Shown here: in pieces, positions 10,701-19,516 of the stretch
How the letters are laid out: every line of letters begins with the position of its first letter
Position numbering within the stretch: the first letter of the stretch is position 1
Assembly: GCA_035654135.1 (NCBI GenBank)
Contig: DASRXN010000065.1
Location: 1-63,228, forward strand
Reading direction: 5' to 3'
Source of the DNA: Rhodocyclaceae bacterium
GTDB lineage: Bacteria; Pseudomonadota; Gammaproteobacteria; Burkholderiales; Rhodocyclaceae
Length of the DNA: 63,228 nucleotides
Made by a program: the position numbers and the translations under genes
The notes under the pieces: model-generated
What the model was told of the DNA's origin: nothing
Database searches by the model: none
Seen by the model: only the letters and a program-made list of their open reading frames with translations

Positions 10701-12902
10701 ATGCTGGGAAGTCACGCGGGAGCGCAATTGCAGCCGGTTCCGGAACCGATCATCGACGCCATCGAATCCATTCACCTGCCATCGATGCCGCAGGTGTTGC
10801 TGCGCTTCCTGCGCATGACGGAGGATGATCGCGCTTCGATGGAGGACTTGGCCAAGGTCGTCGGGCAGGATCCGGCGCTGAGTGCCCATGTGCTGATTGC
10901 AGCGAATTCGGCGGCTTTGCGGCGTGGCCGTGAATTGAAAAGCCTGGACCAATGCCTGGTCGCTCTCGGCACTCGCCTGGTCCGTACCATGGCTGCCTGC
11001 CTGGCCATCCAGAGTGTTTTTGCCCGTACGGTTGGCGACCAGAGCTACGATCTGGCCGGTTTCTGGAGCCACTCGCTACAGGTGGCCGAACTCTCGCGCG
11101 GCATCGCCGCCAAGCTTGATCGCGCCGATTTCGAGGAAGCCTATCTGGCCGGTCTTCTCCACGACGTGGGCCAACTACTGCTGCTCGGGGGCATGGGGGG
11201 GCGCTACGGCGCCCTGCTGGCCTGGAGCCGGGACGAGGAGGCCCTGCTGGCCCTGGAGAGGCCGGAACTGGGCACCGACCATGCCGCTGTCGGCGCCTGG
11301 CTGGTCGACCAGTGGAAGCTCTCGTCCTTTATGGCCGACGCCGTGCTGTTCCACCATTGCCAGCCGGGTCAGATAACCGCCGCTGATCCATTGAGCCAAA
11401 TCGTCTGGGCGGCACATACCGCCTCCGCCTGGGCGCCGGGGAGGGAGGACGCCGCCGGCCGCGGACATCAATTCGAAGCCGCTGCCATCGAATCGATGTT
11501 GAATTTGCCCGCCGGCAGCCTGGCTGACATCCATCGGCACTCGTTCGAACGTGTCGCCCAGTTGGCGTCGGCGCTGGGTGTCAACGCCGCGCCGGACGCG
11601 ACGACGCTGCCGCGTTCGTCACTGGTGCCGTTCGAAAGTTCGCGGCGGCCCGAGCACCGCGATTCCCAGAACCAGATCGAGGCGGCCGTTCGCGACATGG
11701 CCATCATGGAGCCTTTGCAGCACAACCTGTTCGCCACCGACAGCGAGGCCGAAGTGCTGCAGGCGATACGCGAGTCGGCCCGCATCCTGTTCGGCCTTGG
11801 CCGACTCGCCTTCCTGGTTGTCCGCGCGGACCAGTCGGTATTGTCCGGCGCCAGTGTCGGCGGCCAGCCAGCCTTGCTGCAGCGCCTCGAGATTCCCATG
11901 AAGGCGGCCACCAGTTTGGCCGCGGCTGTGGCCCTGGGCGAGGAACCTCGGGCGACTTTCGATGCCGATCGCTCGGCGACCATTTCCCTGGTCGATGTCC
12001 AGATCGCCCGCGCCTTGGGCAGCGAAGGCGTGCTCTACGTGCCGATGCGCAGCCGCGACCGGCTGGTCGGGGTCATGGCCTACGGCCTTAGCCAGGCGCA
12101 GTTCGAACGCAGCCAGAAGAGACTGGGCTGGATGACCAGCTTTGCCCATCTGGCGGCCGTCAGCGTGGAAAGCCGGCGCGAAGTCCATGCCCGCGAGAGG
12201 CAGATCGAGGCGGACCTGACCAGCCGCTTCCAGCAAAGGGCCCGCCACGTCGCCCACGAAGCGGGCAACCCCCTGTCGATCATCACCAATTACCTGAAGA
12301 TTGTCTCCGAGCGTCTGCCCGACGAAAGCGGTGTCCGCCACGAACTCGATATTCTCAAGGAGGAAATCGACCGGGTCGCGCTCATCATCCGCCATTTGAG
12401 TGACATGTCGGTCAAGGCGCCGGCGGTGGGACAGGTGGACGTCAATGCAGTCATCGAGGGCATGGCGGCGCTCTACCGGGAATCGCTGTTTTCCAGCCGG
12501 GGCATCACGCTCGATTTGATATTGGACGAGCTGCTTCCCATCATTCCGGGCAGTCGAGACCAGATCAAGCAGATACTGCTCAATCTTTGGAAGAATGCCG
12601 CCGAAGCGATGTCGGCCGGTGGCCGACTGGTCATTTCGACCACGAACAACGTCCGCCACAACGGCCGCGACCATGTAGAGATCCGGCTTGCCGACTCCGG
12701 GCCCGGCCTGCCGTCGGATGTCATCCAGAATCTTTTCCAGCCCCTCGATCCGAACCGGCGGCCCGGACACGTCGGCATGGGGCTATCGATCGTAGCTGCG
12801 CTGGTCAAAGGACTCGATGGCCAGATCAACTTCCAGAGTCGGGCCGGCCAGGGGACGACATTCGTCATCCTGCTGCCGACGTCCGCAAGGAGCGACCAAT
12901 GA
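10701..12902 (+). CDS. HDOD-GAF sensor histidine kinase
   Basis: 733 aa. The N-terminal HDOD-like domain reads LPSMPQVLLRFLRMTEDD...LAKVVGQDPALSAHVL...GLLHDVGQLLL...HAAVGAWL. A central GAF-like region follows, then the H-box HVAHEAGNPLSIITNYL and an HATPase domain (LLNLWKNAAEAM...DSGPGLP...GMGLSIV). Confidence 0.85.
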   Translation: MLGSHAGAQLQPVPEPIIDAIESIHLPSMPQVLLRFLRMTEDDRASMEDLAKVVGQDPALSAHVLIAANSAALRRGRELKSLDQCLVALGTRLVRTMAACLAIQSVFARTVGDQSYDLAGFWSHSLQVAELSRGIAAKLDRADFEEAYLAGLLHDVGQLLLLGGMGGRYGALLAWSRDEEALLALERPELGTDHAAVGAWLVDQWKLSSFMADAVLFHHCQPGQITAADPLSQIVWAAHTASAWAPGREDAAGRGHQFEAAAIESMLNLPAGSLADIHRHSFERVAQLASALGVNAAPDATTLPRSSLVPFESSRRPEHRDSQNQIEAAVRDMAIMEPLQHNLFATDSEAEVLQAIRESARILFGLGRLAFLVVRADQSVLSGASVGGQPALLQRLEIPMKAATSLAAAVALGEEPRATFDADRSATISLVDVQIARALGSEGVLYVPMRSRDRLVGVMAYGLSQAQFERSQKRLGWMTSFAHLAAVSVESRREVHARERQIEADLTSRFQQRARHVAHEAGNPLSIITNYLKIVSERLPDESGVRHELDILKEEIDRVALIIRHLSDMSVKAPAVGQVDVNAVIEGMAALYRESLFSSRGITLDLILDELLPIIPGSRDQIKQILLNLWKNAAEAMSAGGRLVISTTNNVRHNGRDHVEIRLADSGPGLPSDVIQNLFQPLDPNRRPGHVGMGLSIVAALVKGLDGQINFQSRAGQGTTFVILLPTSARSDQ

Positions 12903-15067
12903 GCAGTTTCCCCATGTCGAATTTCCGGCCGGGGCAGGACGCGGCGACACCATTCGACCGGATCCTGATTGTCGACGACGAATTGCGCATGCGCACCAGC
13001 CTGCGGAGGCTGCTCGAAGCGAGTGGTCGTGAAATTCTCGAATGCAGTTGCGGCACCGAGGCGCTAGGCGTTCTGGACAAGAAGGACATAGCGATCGCCC
13101 TGCTCGACATCAATCTGCCCGATATTTCCGGCCTCGATATCCTCAAGTGGATCAGCAACAATCAGGTCCCGACCAGCGTCATCATGGTCAGTGGCGATGA
13201 CAGCATCGACTCGGCCATTCAGGCATTGCGCTATGGCGCCGTCGAGTTTGTGCGCAAGCCGGGCGACATGAACCATATCAAGCTCAAGGTCGACAATGCC
13301 TTGCATCGCCGCCACCTCGAATATCGCCACGCCGCCATGATGGCGCGCCTCGAACAGTCGGAGCGCCTGCACCGGTTCCTGGTCGAGAATTCGCCCGACC
13401 TCATCTACACGCTGGATGATGAAGGGCGCTTTTTGTTCGTCAACAACCGGTTCGAGTCGCTGCTCGGCTACAGTCGCGACGAGGTGATCGGCAAGCATTA
13501 CTCAACGGTCGTTTACGACGAGGACTGGGAACTGGTTCGCTACATCTTCAACGAGCGCCGTAGCGACAACCGCGCCGCCGCCAATGTCGAGGTCAAGCTG
13601 AAGTCCAAGAACGCCAAGGGCCATCGGCAGTATGAGAGTCGCTGTGTGGTCGCCATGTTGAGTGCCGTTGGCATCTACAGCGATACCGCGGCGGGAAATA
13701 ACGGCCAGGTGGGCAGCTTCATGGGCACCTACGGAGTCGCCCGTGATATCACCGAGCGCAAGGTCGCCGAGGAGACCATCAGCTTTCAGGCCTTCCATGA
13801 CCACCTGACCCAGCTGCCGAACCGGCGGTTGTTCAAGGATAGGCTCGAACTGGCCATCACCCAGGCGCGCCGCCATGCCAGCATGGTCGGCGTCATGTTC
13901 GTGGACCTGGATCGCTTCAAGCTGGTCAACGACACCTACGGCCATGCCGAGGGCGACGAATTGCTGAAGAGCGTCGCGCAGGCGCTGCGCCGTTGCGTCC
14001 GAGCGGGCGACACGCTGGCACGCCAGGGGGGCGACGAATTCACCATTCTGCTGCCTGATCTGCTCCAGGCCGAAGATGCGGCGGTCATCGCCGAGAAGAT
14101 CGTCGACGAACTGAATTCACCGTTCCATGTCGCCGGCCAGAACTTCCGCGCCACAGCGAGCGTCGGCGTTGCCGTCTTCCCGCGCGATGGCGACAACGCC
14201 GAGACACTGTTGAAGAACTCCGATATCGCGATGTACAAAGTAAAGGCCTCGGGCAGGAACGCCTACCAGTTCTTCACGTCCGAGATGAACGCCAGCTATC
14301 ACGAGCGCATCAGTCTCGAGAATGACCTCCGTCAGGCCATTCAGAGATCCGAATTCGAGCTTTACTTCCAGCCTCAGTTCAGCGTTGTGCGCAAGCGTAT
14401 TGTCGGCATGGAGGCGCTGGTGCGCTGGCAGCATCCCGCGTACGGTCTGCTGGATCCGGCCGGCTTCATCGACCTTGCCGAGGAAACCGGCCTGATCCAG
14501 TCGATCACCGATACCGTCCTGGCCCAGGCTTGTGCGCAACTGGCCCTGTGGCGCGCTTCCGGACATGCCGAACTGCGCATGTCGGTGAATGTCTCGCCGC
14601 AGGAGTTCGATCGCAGCGATCTGGTCGATCGCATTACCTATCACGTCGAGAGCAACCATCTGCCGGCCGACGCGCTGGAAATAGAAATCACCGAGAATCT
14701 CCTGCTCCAGGATGTCTCCGCGGTCATCGAAAAGATGCGCATGCTGCGTGACCGCGGCGTGCGCATTTCGATCGATGATTTCGGCACCGGCTATTCGTCG
14801 CTCAATTATCTGCGCCGCTTTCCCATCAACAGCATCAAGCTGGATCAGTCCTTCGTCCGCGATCTGCACGAGGGCCACCGCGCTTCGCCGATCGTCAATG
14901 CCATCGTCGGCATCGCCGACGGCTTCGACCTGAAACTGCTCGCCGAAGGCGTCGAGACCGATTTCCAGCGGCGAACGTTGCAGGACCTGGGTTGCGACGA
15001 AATGCAGGGCTTCCTGTTCAGCGCGCCCGTGCCGGCCAGCGAGGCCGCGCGCCTGCTTTCGGCCTGA
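12899..15067 (+). CDS. response regulator with PAS, GGDEF and EAL domains
   Basis: ATG at 12899 overlaps the kinase stop (ATGA). The receiver domain reads ILIVDDELRMR...ALLDINLPDISG. A PAS region follows (FLVENSPDLIYTLDDEGRFLFVNNRFESLLGYSRDEVIG). The GGDEF domain has an RxxD I-site. The EAL signatures are canonical (EALVRW, EITEN, DDFGTGYSSL, KLD, AEGVET, QG). Confidence 0.9.
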   Translation: MSSFPMSNFRPGQDAATPFDRILIVDDELRMRTSLRRLLEASGREILECSCGTEALGVLDKKDIAIALLDINLPDISGLDILKWISNNQVPTSVIMVSGDDSIDSAIQALRYGAVEFVRKPGDMNHIKLKVDNALHRRHLEYRHAAMMARLEQSERLHRFLVENSPDLIYTLDDEGRFLFVNNRFESLLGYSRDEVIGKHYSTVVYDEDWELVRYIFNERRSDNRAAANVEVKLKSKNAKGHRQYESRCVVAMLSAVGIYSDTAAGNNGQVGSFMGTYGVARDITERKVAEETISFQAFHDHLTQLPNRRLFKDRLELAITQARRHASMVGVMFVDLDRFKLVNDTYGHAEGDELLKSVAQALRRCVRAGDTLARQGGDEFTILLPDLLQAEDAAVIAEKIVDELNSPFHVAGQNFRATASVGVAVFPRDGDNAETLLKNSDIAMYKVKASGRNAYQFFTSEMNASYHERISLENDLRQAIQRSEFELYFQPQFSVVRKRIVGMEALVRWQHPAYGLLDPAGFIDLAEETGLIQSITDTVLAQACAQLALWRASGHAELRMSVNVSPQEFDRSDLVDRITYHVESNHLPADALEIEITENLLLQDVSAVIEKMRMLRDRGVRISIDDFGTGYSSLNYLRRFPINSIKLDQSFVRDLHEGHRASPIVNAIVGIADGFDLKLLAEGVETDFQRRTLQDLGCDEMQGFLFSAPVPASEAARLLSA

Positions 15068-15098
15068 GCAGGGTCAGCCGAGCTGCAAGCGGACAAAA

Positions 15099-15689
15099 AT
15101 GAGTCGCGCCGCCACTGTCCTCCGCTTCGTTATCCTGACCTGCGCCGCCAGCCAGTCCATGGCGGCCGGCGATCGGGATATCGATGTCAAGGTTCATGTA
15201 GATGGCGAAGTCGTGCGCGTCGATGCCTCATTTTCGGTGAGTGCCAGTCAGCAAGAAGTGTGGGCGGTGATGACCGACTTCGACCACATGGCGAAATTCA
15301 TTGCCAACCTCAAGTCGAGCCGGGTCGTCGCGCGAGTCGACGACGTGTTGACCGTTTCCCAGGCCGGGGAAGCATCCTTCGGGCCGATGAGCTACAAGTT
15401 CGAGTCGATCCGGGAAGTCCGCCTGTGGCCCATGGAGCGGGTACAGGCACGGATGATCAGCGGCAACATGCATAGATTCGAGAGTGCGACCGGACTGATG
15501 GCGGATGCTGGCGGCACGCGGGTTACTTATCACTCCGAGGCGGTGCCGAAGGCGTGGATTCCGCCGATCGTCGGCCGCGGCTTCATCGAGCACGAGACGC
15601 GCGAGCAGTTCTCGGAATTCAGGGCCGAGATCATGCGGCGAAAGCCCGGCCAGGGGCGTGGCGAACGCGACGAATCCGTGCGGCCGTAA
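15099..15689 (+). CDS. exported SRPBCC-fold (polyketide cyclase/dehydrase-like) protein
   Basis: 196 aa with a signal peptide (MSRAATVLRFVILTCAASQSMAAG). The body, with QQEVWAVMTDFDHMAKFIANL..., resembles SRPBCC ligand-binding proteins. The call rests on pattern recognition only. Confidence 0.6.
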   Translation: MSRAATVLRFVILTCAASQSMAAGDRDIDVKVHVDGEVVRVDASFSVSASQQEVWAVMTDFDHMAKFIANLKSSRVVARVDDVLTVSQAGEASFGPMSYKFESIREVRLWPMERVQARMISGNMHRFESATGLMADAGGTRVTYHSEAVPKAWIPPIVGRGFIEHETREQFSEFRAEIMRRKPGQGRGERDESVRP

Positions 15690-15742
15690 TAAGCGCCGTC
15701 GTAACCTTTTGTTACGCTTCGTGCGTTTCTTTCATAGTTGGC

Positions 15743-15771
15743 TTACAGGCCAGGCTTCAAATCGCTATATG
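15743..15771 (+). promoter_or_regulatory. candidate sigma70 promoter for the 15818 gene
   Basis: TTACAG (15743-15748), a 17-nt spacer, then TATATG (15766-15771). It lies in a locally AT-richer intergenic region, and a GAAGGAGG Shine-Dalgarno precedes the ATG at 15818. Confidence 0.4.
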
Positions 15772-15817
15772 ATCAATGCGCAGATTTTCCTGATCGCTGG
15801 TAGCGAAGGAGGCTGAA

Positions 15818-16204
15818 ATGACGATGACTCGTTCGATGCGCGCCCTGGTGGGCGTCCTTGCCTTTACGGCGGTATTCCCTGGCACCGCGATGGCCGATCG
15901 ACACTGGCATGGCGGAGACATCCACCGGTTCCACCAGCACGATATGCAGCGCTGGCAGGGTGGTTCCTGGCACCACGGCGACCATCTTGGCCGCTTGGGT
16001 TGGTGGTGGGTGGTGGCGGGAGCGTGGTATTTCTATCCGCAACCGGTCTATCCTTATCCTGATCCCTATACGCCGCCAGTCGTGACCGTACCGGCACCGG
16101 CGGTGGGTCAATACTGGTACTACTGCGATGCCGCCAGAACTTATTACCCGTACGTCGCAACCTGTCCGAGTGGCTGGCGGCAAGTACCCGCCGCCCCGCA
16201 ATGA
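15818..16204 (+). CDS. exported His/Trp/Tyr/Pro-rich protein of unknown function
   Basis: 128 aa with a signal peptide (MTMTRSMRALVGVLAFTAVFPGTAMA). It has 8 His in a 30-residue stretch (DRHWHGGDIHRFHQHDMQRWQGGSWHHGDH), then LGWWWVVAGAWYFYPQPVYPYPDPYTPP, and a C-terminal YWYYC...YYPYVATCPSGWRQVP motif. It has a strong Shine-Dalgarno. Confidence 0.6.
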   Translation: MTMTRSMRALVGVLAFTAVFPGTAMADRHWHGGDIHRFHQHDMQRWQGGSWHHGDHLGRLGWWWVVAGAWYFYPQPVYPYPDPYTPPVVTVPAPAVGQYWYYCDAARTYYPYVATCPSGWRQVPAAPQ

Positions 16205-16215
16205 GGAGAACGAAC

Positions 16216-16734
16216 ATGGCGAGCCGAAACATCCTTGTAATTGCGACCGTAGCTGCGGCGACGTTGGCCGGCTGCGCCACCGCGCCGCTGGCGCCGCGCG
16301 TGGCGGTCATGCCGGCGCCCGGCAAACCGTTCGAGCAATTTGTGGCCGAAGAGCGGCTTTGCCGGAATTATGCCGAACAGTCGGTCGGCGGCCAGGCGGA
16401 AGCGATCGACAATGCGGCGATCGGCAGCGCGGCGGTAGGCACCGCCATCGGCGCTGTCGCCGGCGCGGCGATCGGCGGGCGGCAGGGCGCGGCCGTCGGT
16501 GCCGGCAGTGGCCTGATCGTCGGTTCGGCGTCCGGATCCGGTCGTGCCGGCTACATGGAGCGCGACGCTCAGCGGCGCTACGATATCGCCTATCAGCAGT
16601 GCATGTACGCCAAGGGCAACCAGATTCCCGGCCAATACGTTCAACAGCCGTCGGCGGCGAGGCCGGCCGCCTATCCACCACCTCCGCCCCCACCGCCCGG
16701 ATCGCCGCCCCCGCCGCCAGCGCCACGACAGTAG
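16216..16734 (+). CDS. glycine-zipper lipoprotein with a proline-rich tail
   Basis: ATG at 16216 is preceded by GAGGAG at a 7-nt spacing; the track start at 16201 is less likely. It has a lipobox (TLAGC) and a Gly/Ala zipper (GSAAVGTAIGAVAGAAIGGRQGAAVGAGSGLIVGSASGSG). The RRYDIAYQQCMYAKGNQIPG motif follows, and the protein ends in PPPPPPPGSPPPPPAP. Confidence 0.65.
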   Translation: MASRNILVIATVAAATLAGCATAPLAPRVAVMPAPGKPFEQFVAEERLCRNYAEQSVGGQAEAIDNAAIGSAAVGTAIGAVAGAAIGGRQGAAVGAGSGLIVGSASGSGRAGYMERDAQRRYDIAYQQCMYAKGNQIPGQYVQQPSAARPAAYPPPPPPPPGSPPPPPAPRQ

Positions 16735-16758
16735 ACCTGCTAACTCGCTGGTCTCCGG

Positions 16759-19335
16759 CTATCGGTCGCCGCTGATCGCGGCCTCGATCAACAGATCATT
16801 GATCGAGGCGAGGATTTCGATGCTCAGCCGCTTCAAGTCGGCAAGACGTGTCTCGGCGGCCGACTTGTCGCCGGCTTGCATGAGCTCGATGACGCCGTTG
16901 CCGACGACGTGGAAGTCCCGGTGGATGGGTTCGATGGTGGAGTAGGCCGCCATGTGCCCATAGCGATCCCTGCCGGCGCCCTCGAACCAGCGGCCCAGTT
17001 TGCATTGGGTATGGTCGCCAAGCAGGGTGGGGGCCAGCGGCTTCGTGCCGGCGACGTAGGCGGCGAGTCGTTGCAGCCAGCGACGGTGCGTTACCCGCGC
17101 CGTCAGCAATGGCACATCGGCGTCGGCAATCTTCAGCAAGACATAATCCGCTAACGCTACGGCCGGGTCGAATGCCGCCAGCCAGGCGGGCACGGCCTCG
17201 GCTGTGATCGCCTCTGACGCGGCCTTCTGGACGATCTCGCAATCGTACTGGGCGAGCAGCATGCCTTGCTCCGGCTCTTCCAGGCCTTCGGCGATGACGG
17301 TCAGGCCAAAGGCATGGCCGAGCCCGACGATGCCGCGCACGATCGCTTGTACATCGCTGCTGTCGAGCATGTCATGGGTCAGGCCGGCGGCGATCTTGAT
17401 CTCGTCCACACCCAGCCGCTTCAGATAGGTGAGGGACGTATAGGCGACGCCGAAGCCGTCGAGGGCCACCCGCAGGCCCAGCGGATGGCATTGCTCGACC
17501 AGGCCGCTGACGGTGGTCGAGTGCGCGAGTGCAATCTCTTCAGCGATTTCGACGCCGAACAGGTCGGGCTTCAAACCTGCTGTGGTGTTTACCGCATCGA
17601 CCAGCCATGCAGCGATGTCGCTTTCTTCCAGACACTTGGGCGAAATATTCACGCTGAGCGGAATGTCGAGACCCGCCTGCGACCAGGCCGCGCTTTGCCG
17701 CAAGGCCTCCTGGATCACCCATTTGCCGGTGGGTACCGCCAAGTCGCTGTCCTCGATGTTGCCTGCGAAACGGGCGGGCAGCAGCAGACCCTCGGTGGGA
17801 TGGCGCCAGCAGAGTACCGCTTCCAGACCCACTACCTTGCCTTGGCGGACGTTGATCTTGGGCAGATAGTAAAGGGCAAACTCGTTTGCCGCGACGCCGG
17901 CGCGAATGCGTTCCAGGTCGGCTCGGTAGCGCTGCATCAGCTGGTTCTGCTCGGCGTTAAACAAACGGAAGCAGTTGCGACCGGCTGCCTTGGCCAGATA
18001 CATCGCTTCGTCGGCCAGCCGCAGCAGGTGCTCGGGCAATTCATCGCCGTCGGGCAGCAGGGTGACGCCAATGCTGGCCGACAGCGTCAGGCTGTGGCTG
18101 TCGATCCGGTAGGGGACGGCAATGACGGAAAGCACGCGGTTAAGCGTCTGCTCGACTTCCTCGATGCCCGACAGTTCGCCCAGCAGCAGACCAAATTCGT
18201 CGCCGCCGAGACGGGCTACGGTATCGCCAGCGCGCACGGCGTCTCGCAACCGCTGCGCCGCCTCCCTGAGCAGGCGGTCGCCCGTGTTGTGGCCGTAAGC
18301 GTCATTGACGGTCTTGAAGCCATCCAGGTCGAGATAGCAGACGGCGAGCAACCGGCCGTTGCGCGCCGACTGCGCCTGCGCCAGCTGCAAGCGGTCGAAG
18401 AACAGCATCCGGTTGGGCAGGTGGGTCAGTGGATCGTGATAGGCGATCGCACGCAAGCGTTCTTCGGATGCAGCCAGGTCTTCGCGGTCGGCCTCGATCG
18501 TTGTCGCCATGTTATTGAAGGTCTTGCCGATCTCGTCGAACTCGCCGGGCAGCGATTCCACCCGGGCGGCCAGGTTGCCGCCGGCAATGGCGCCAATGCT
18601 GCCGTGCAGCCGTGCCAGCGGCCGGCCGAGGTAACGGCGGATCGTCCATGCCATCGCCAGCGACAGCAGGATGAAGAGCCCGAGATGCCAGAGCAGGTGC
18701 CGCCGAAATTCGTCGACGATCTGCTGCCGCACATGCTGCGCCGATACCTTGATGCTCATGATGCCGCGCAGTTCGCCCACCTTGTAATCGTAGGCAGCGG
18801 CGTACTTGGCGCGTATTGTCTCCGGCGCCTTCTCCCTGGCGCCATGACATTCCAGGCAATAGGGTTCGACCCATATCGGCCGGGCATAGTGGTAATAGGC
18901 CTGATTCTGTTCATTGACGAAGGAAATGAAACGCAACTTTTCATCAGGATGCTGCTGGAAGTGTTCGATGGCGACCATTTCGATCGCATCGGCACGGTTT
19001 CTCGGATTGCGGGGACGATCGCTGACGTTGTTGAAGGAGAAGCCGCTATTGTCCCAATTGGGCAGCTCTTCGGAGATCTTGCTGAGGGCGACGGCAGGCA
19101 GCAGGCCGATGGTCTTGTCGTCGATCGGCATACCGCTGTCAAGAAACTGGTGATGATAGACACGGCGCATGGCCATGAGCACATTGCGCACCCGTTCGGC
19201 CGAGGCCAGCAGTTCCGCTTCCGCTTCCCGTTCGAGGCGCTGGTAGGAAATCGCCTCGAATGCGATCAACACCACAGCCATGACGGAGGCAATGATGAGA
19301 AACACGCGTCGTTCGAGAATCATGCTGCCAGGCAT
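16759..19335 (-). CDS. membrane c-di-GMP signalling protein: periplasmic CxxCH (DUF3365-like) domain, HAMP, GGDEF, divergent EAL and C-terminal CZB zinc-binding domain
   Basis: 858 aa with two TM segments (aa 11-27 and 214-232). CLECH lies at aa 160-164 in the segment between them. The GGDEF domain has an RxxD site. The EAL-type domain carries substitutions (EAV, DGFGVA, KIA, QK). The CZB signature HxxW-x24-CxLGxW-x21-HxxxH spans aa 750-809. Confidence 0.9.
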   Translation of the reverse strand: MPGSMILERRVFLIIASVMAVVLIAFEAISYQRLEREAEAELLASAERVRNVLMAMRRVYHHQFLDSGMPIDDKTIGLLPAVALSKISEELPNWDNSGFSFNNVSDRPRNPRNRADAIEMVAIEHFQQHPDEKLRFISFVNEQNQAYYHYARPIWVEPYCLECHGAREKAPETIRAKYAAAYDYKVGELRGIMSIKVSAQHVRQQIVDEFRRHLLWHLGLFILLSLAMAWTIRRYLGRPLARLHGSIGAIAGGNLAARVESLPGEFDEIGKTFNNMATTIEADREDLAASEERLRAIAYHDPLTHLPNRMLFFDRLQLAQAQSARNGRLLAVCYLDLDGFKTVNDAYGHNTGDRLLREAAQRLRDAVRAGDTVARLGGDEFGLLLGELSGIEEVEQTLNRVLSVIAVPYRIDSHSLTLSASIGVTLLPDGDELPEHLLRLADEAMYLAKAAGRNCFRLFNAEQNQLMQRYRADLERIRAGVAANEFALYYLPKINVRQGKVVGLEAVLCWRHPTEGLLLPARFAGNIEDSDLAVPTGKWVIQEALRQSAAWSQAGLDIPLSVNISPKCLEESDIAAWLVDAVNTTAGLKPDLFGVEIAEEIALAHSTTVSGLVEQCHPLGLRVALDGFGVAYTSLTYLKRLGVDEIKIAAGLTHDMLDSSDVQAIVRGIVGLGHAFGLTVIAEGLEEPEQGMLLAQYDCEIVQKAASEAITAEAVPAWLAAFDPAVALADYVLLKIADADVPLLTARVTHRRWLQRLAAYVAGTKPLAPTLLGDHTQCKLGRWFEGAGRDRYGHMAAYSTIEPIHRDFHVVGNGVIELMQAGDKSAAETRLADLKRLSIEILASINDLLIEAAISGDR

Positions 19336-19516
19336 GGCCTTAACCCCCCTTAAACGCTTGGCCTTTACATTCTCACATTAGCAGCATTTTCCTTAGCAAT
19401 TCCAGTCGCGGCGGGTTAGCGCTCCTGGCTGCTGAATGCTCCGTTTGGGGCAGGGAAAGCGGCAAGGCACTGACGTATAATGCTTATCTGTTCAAGTTCC
19501 GTCTCGTCACCGACGC

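Noticed and set aside
15700-15716. Perfect 6-bp inverted repeat CGTAAC-N5-GTTACG just after the SRPBCC gene. It could be an operator or a weak terminator.
   Set aside because: The stem is too short for a confident terminator call, and it matches no operator consensus I know (not Zur- or Fur-like). It is kept only as a note.
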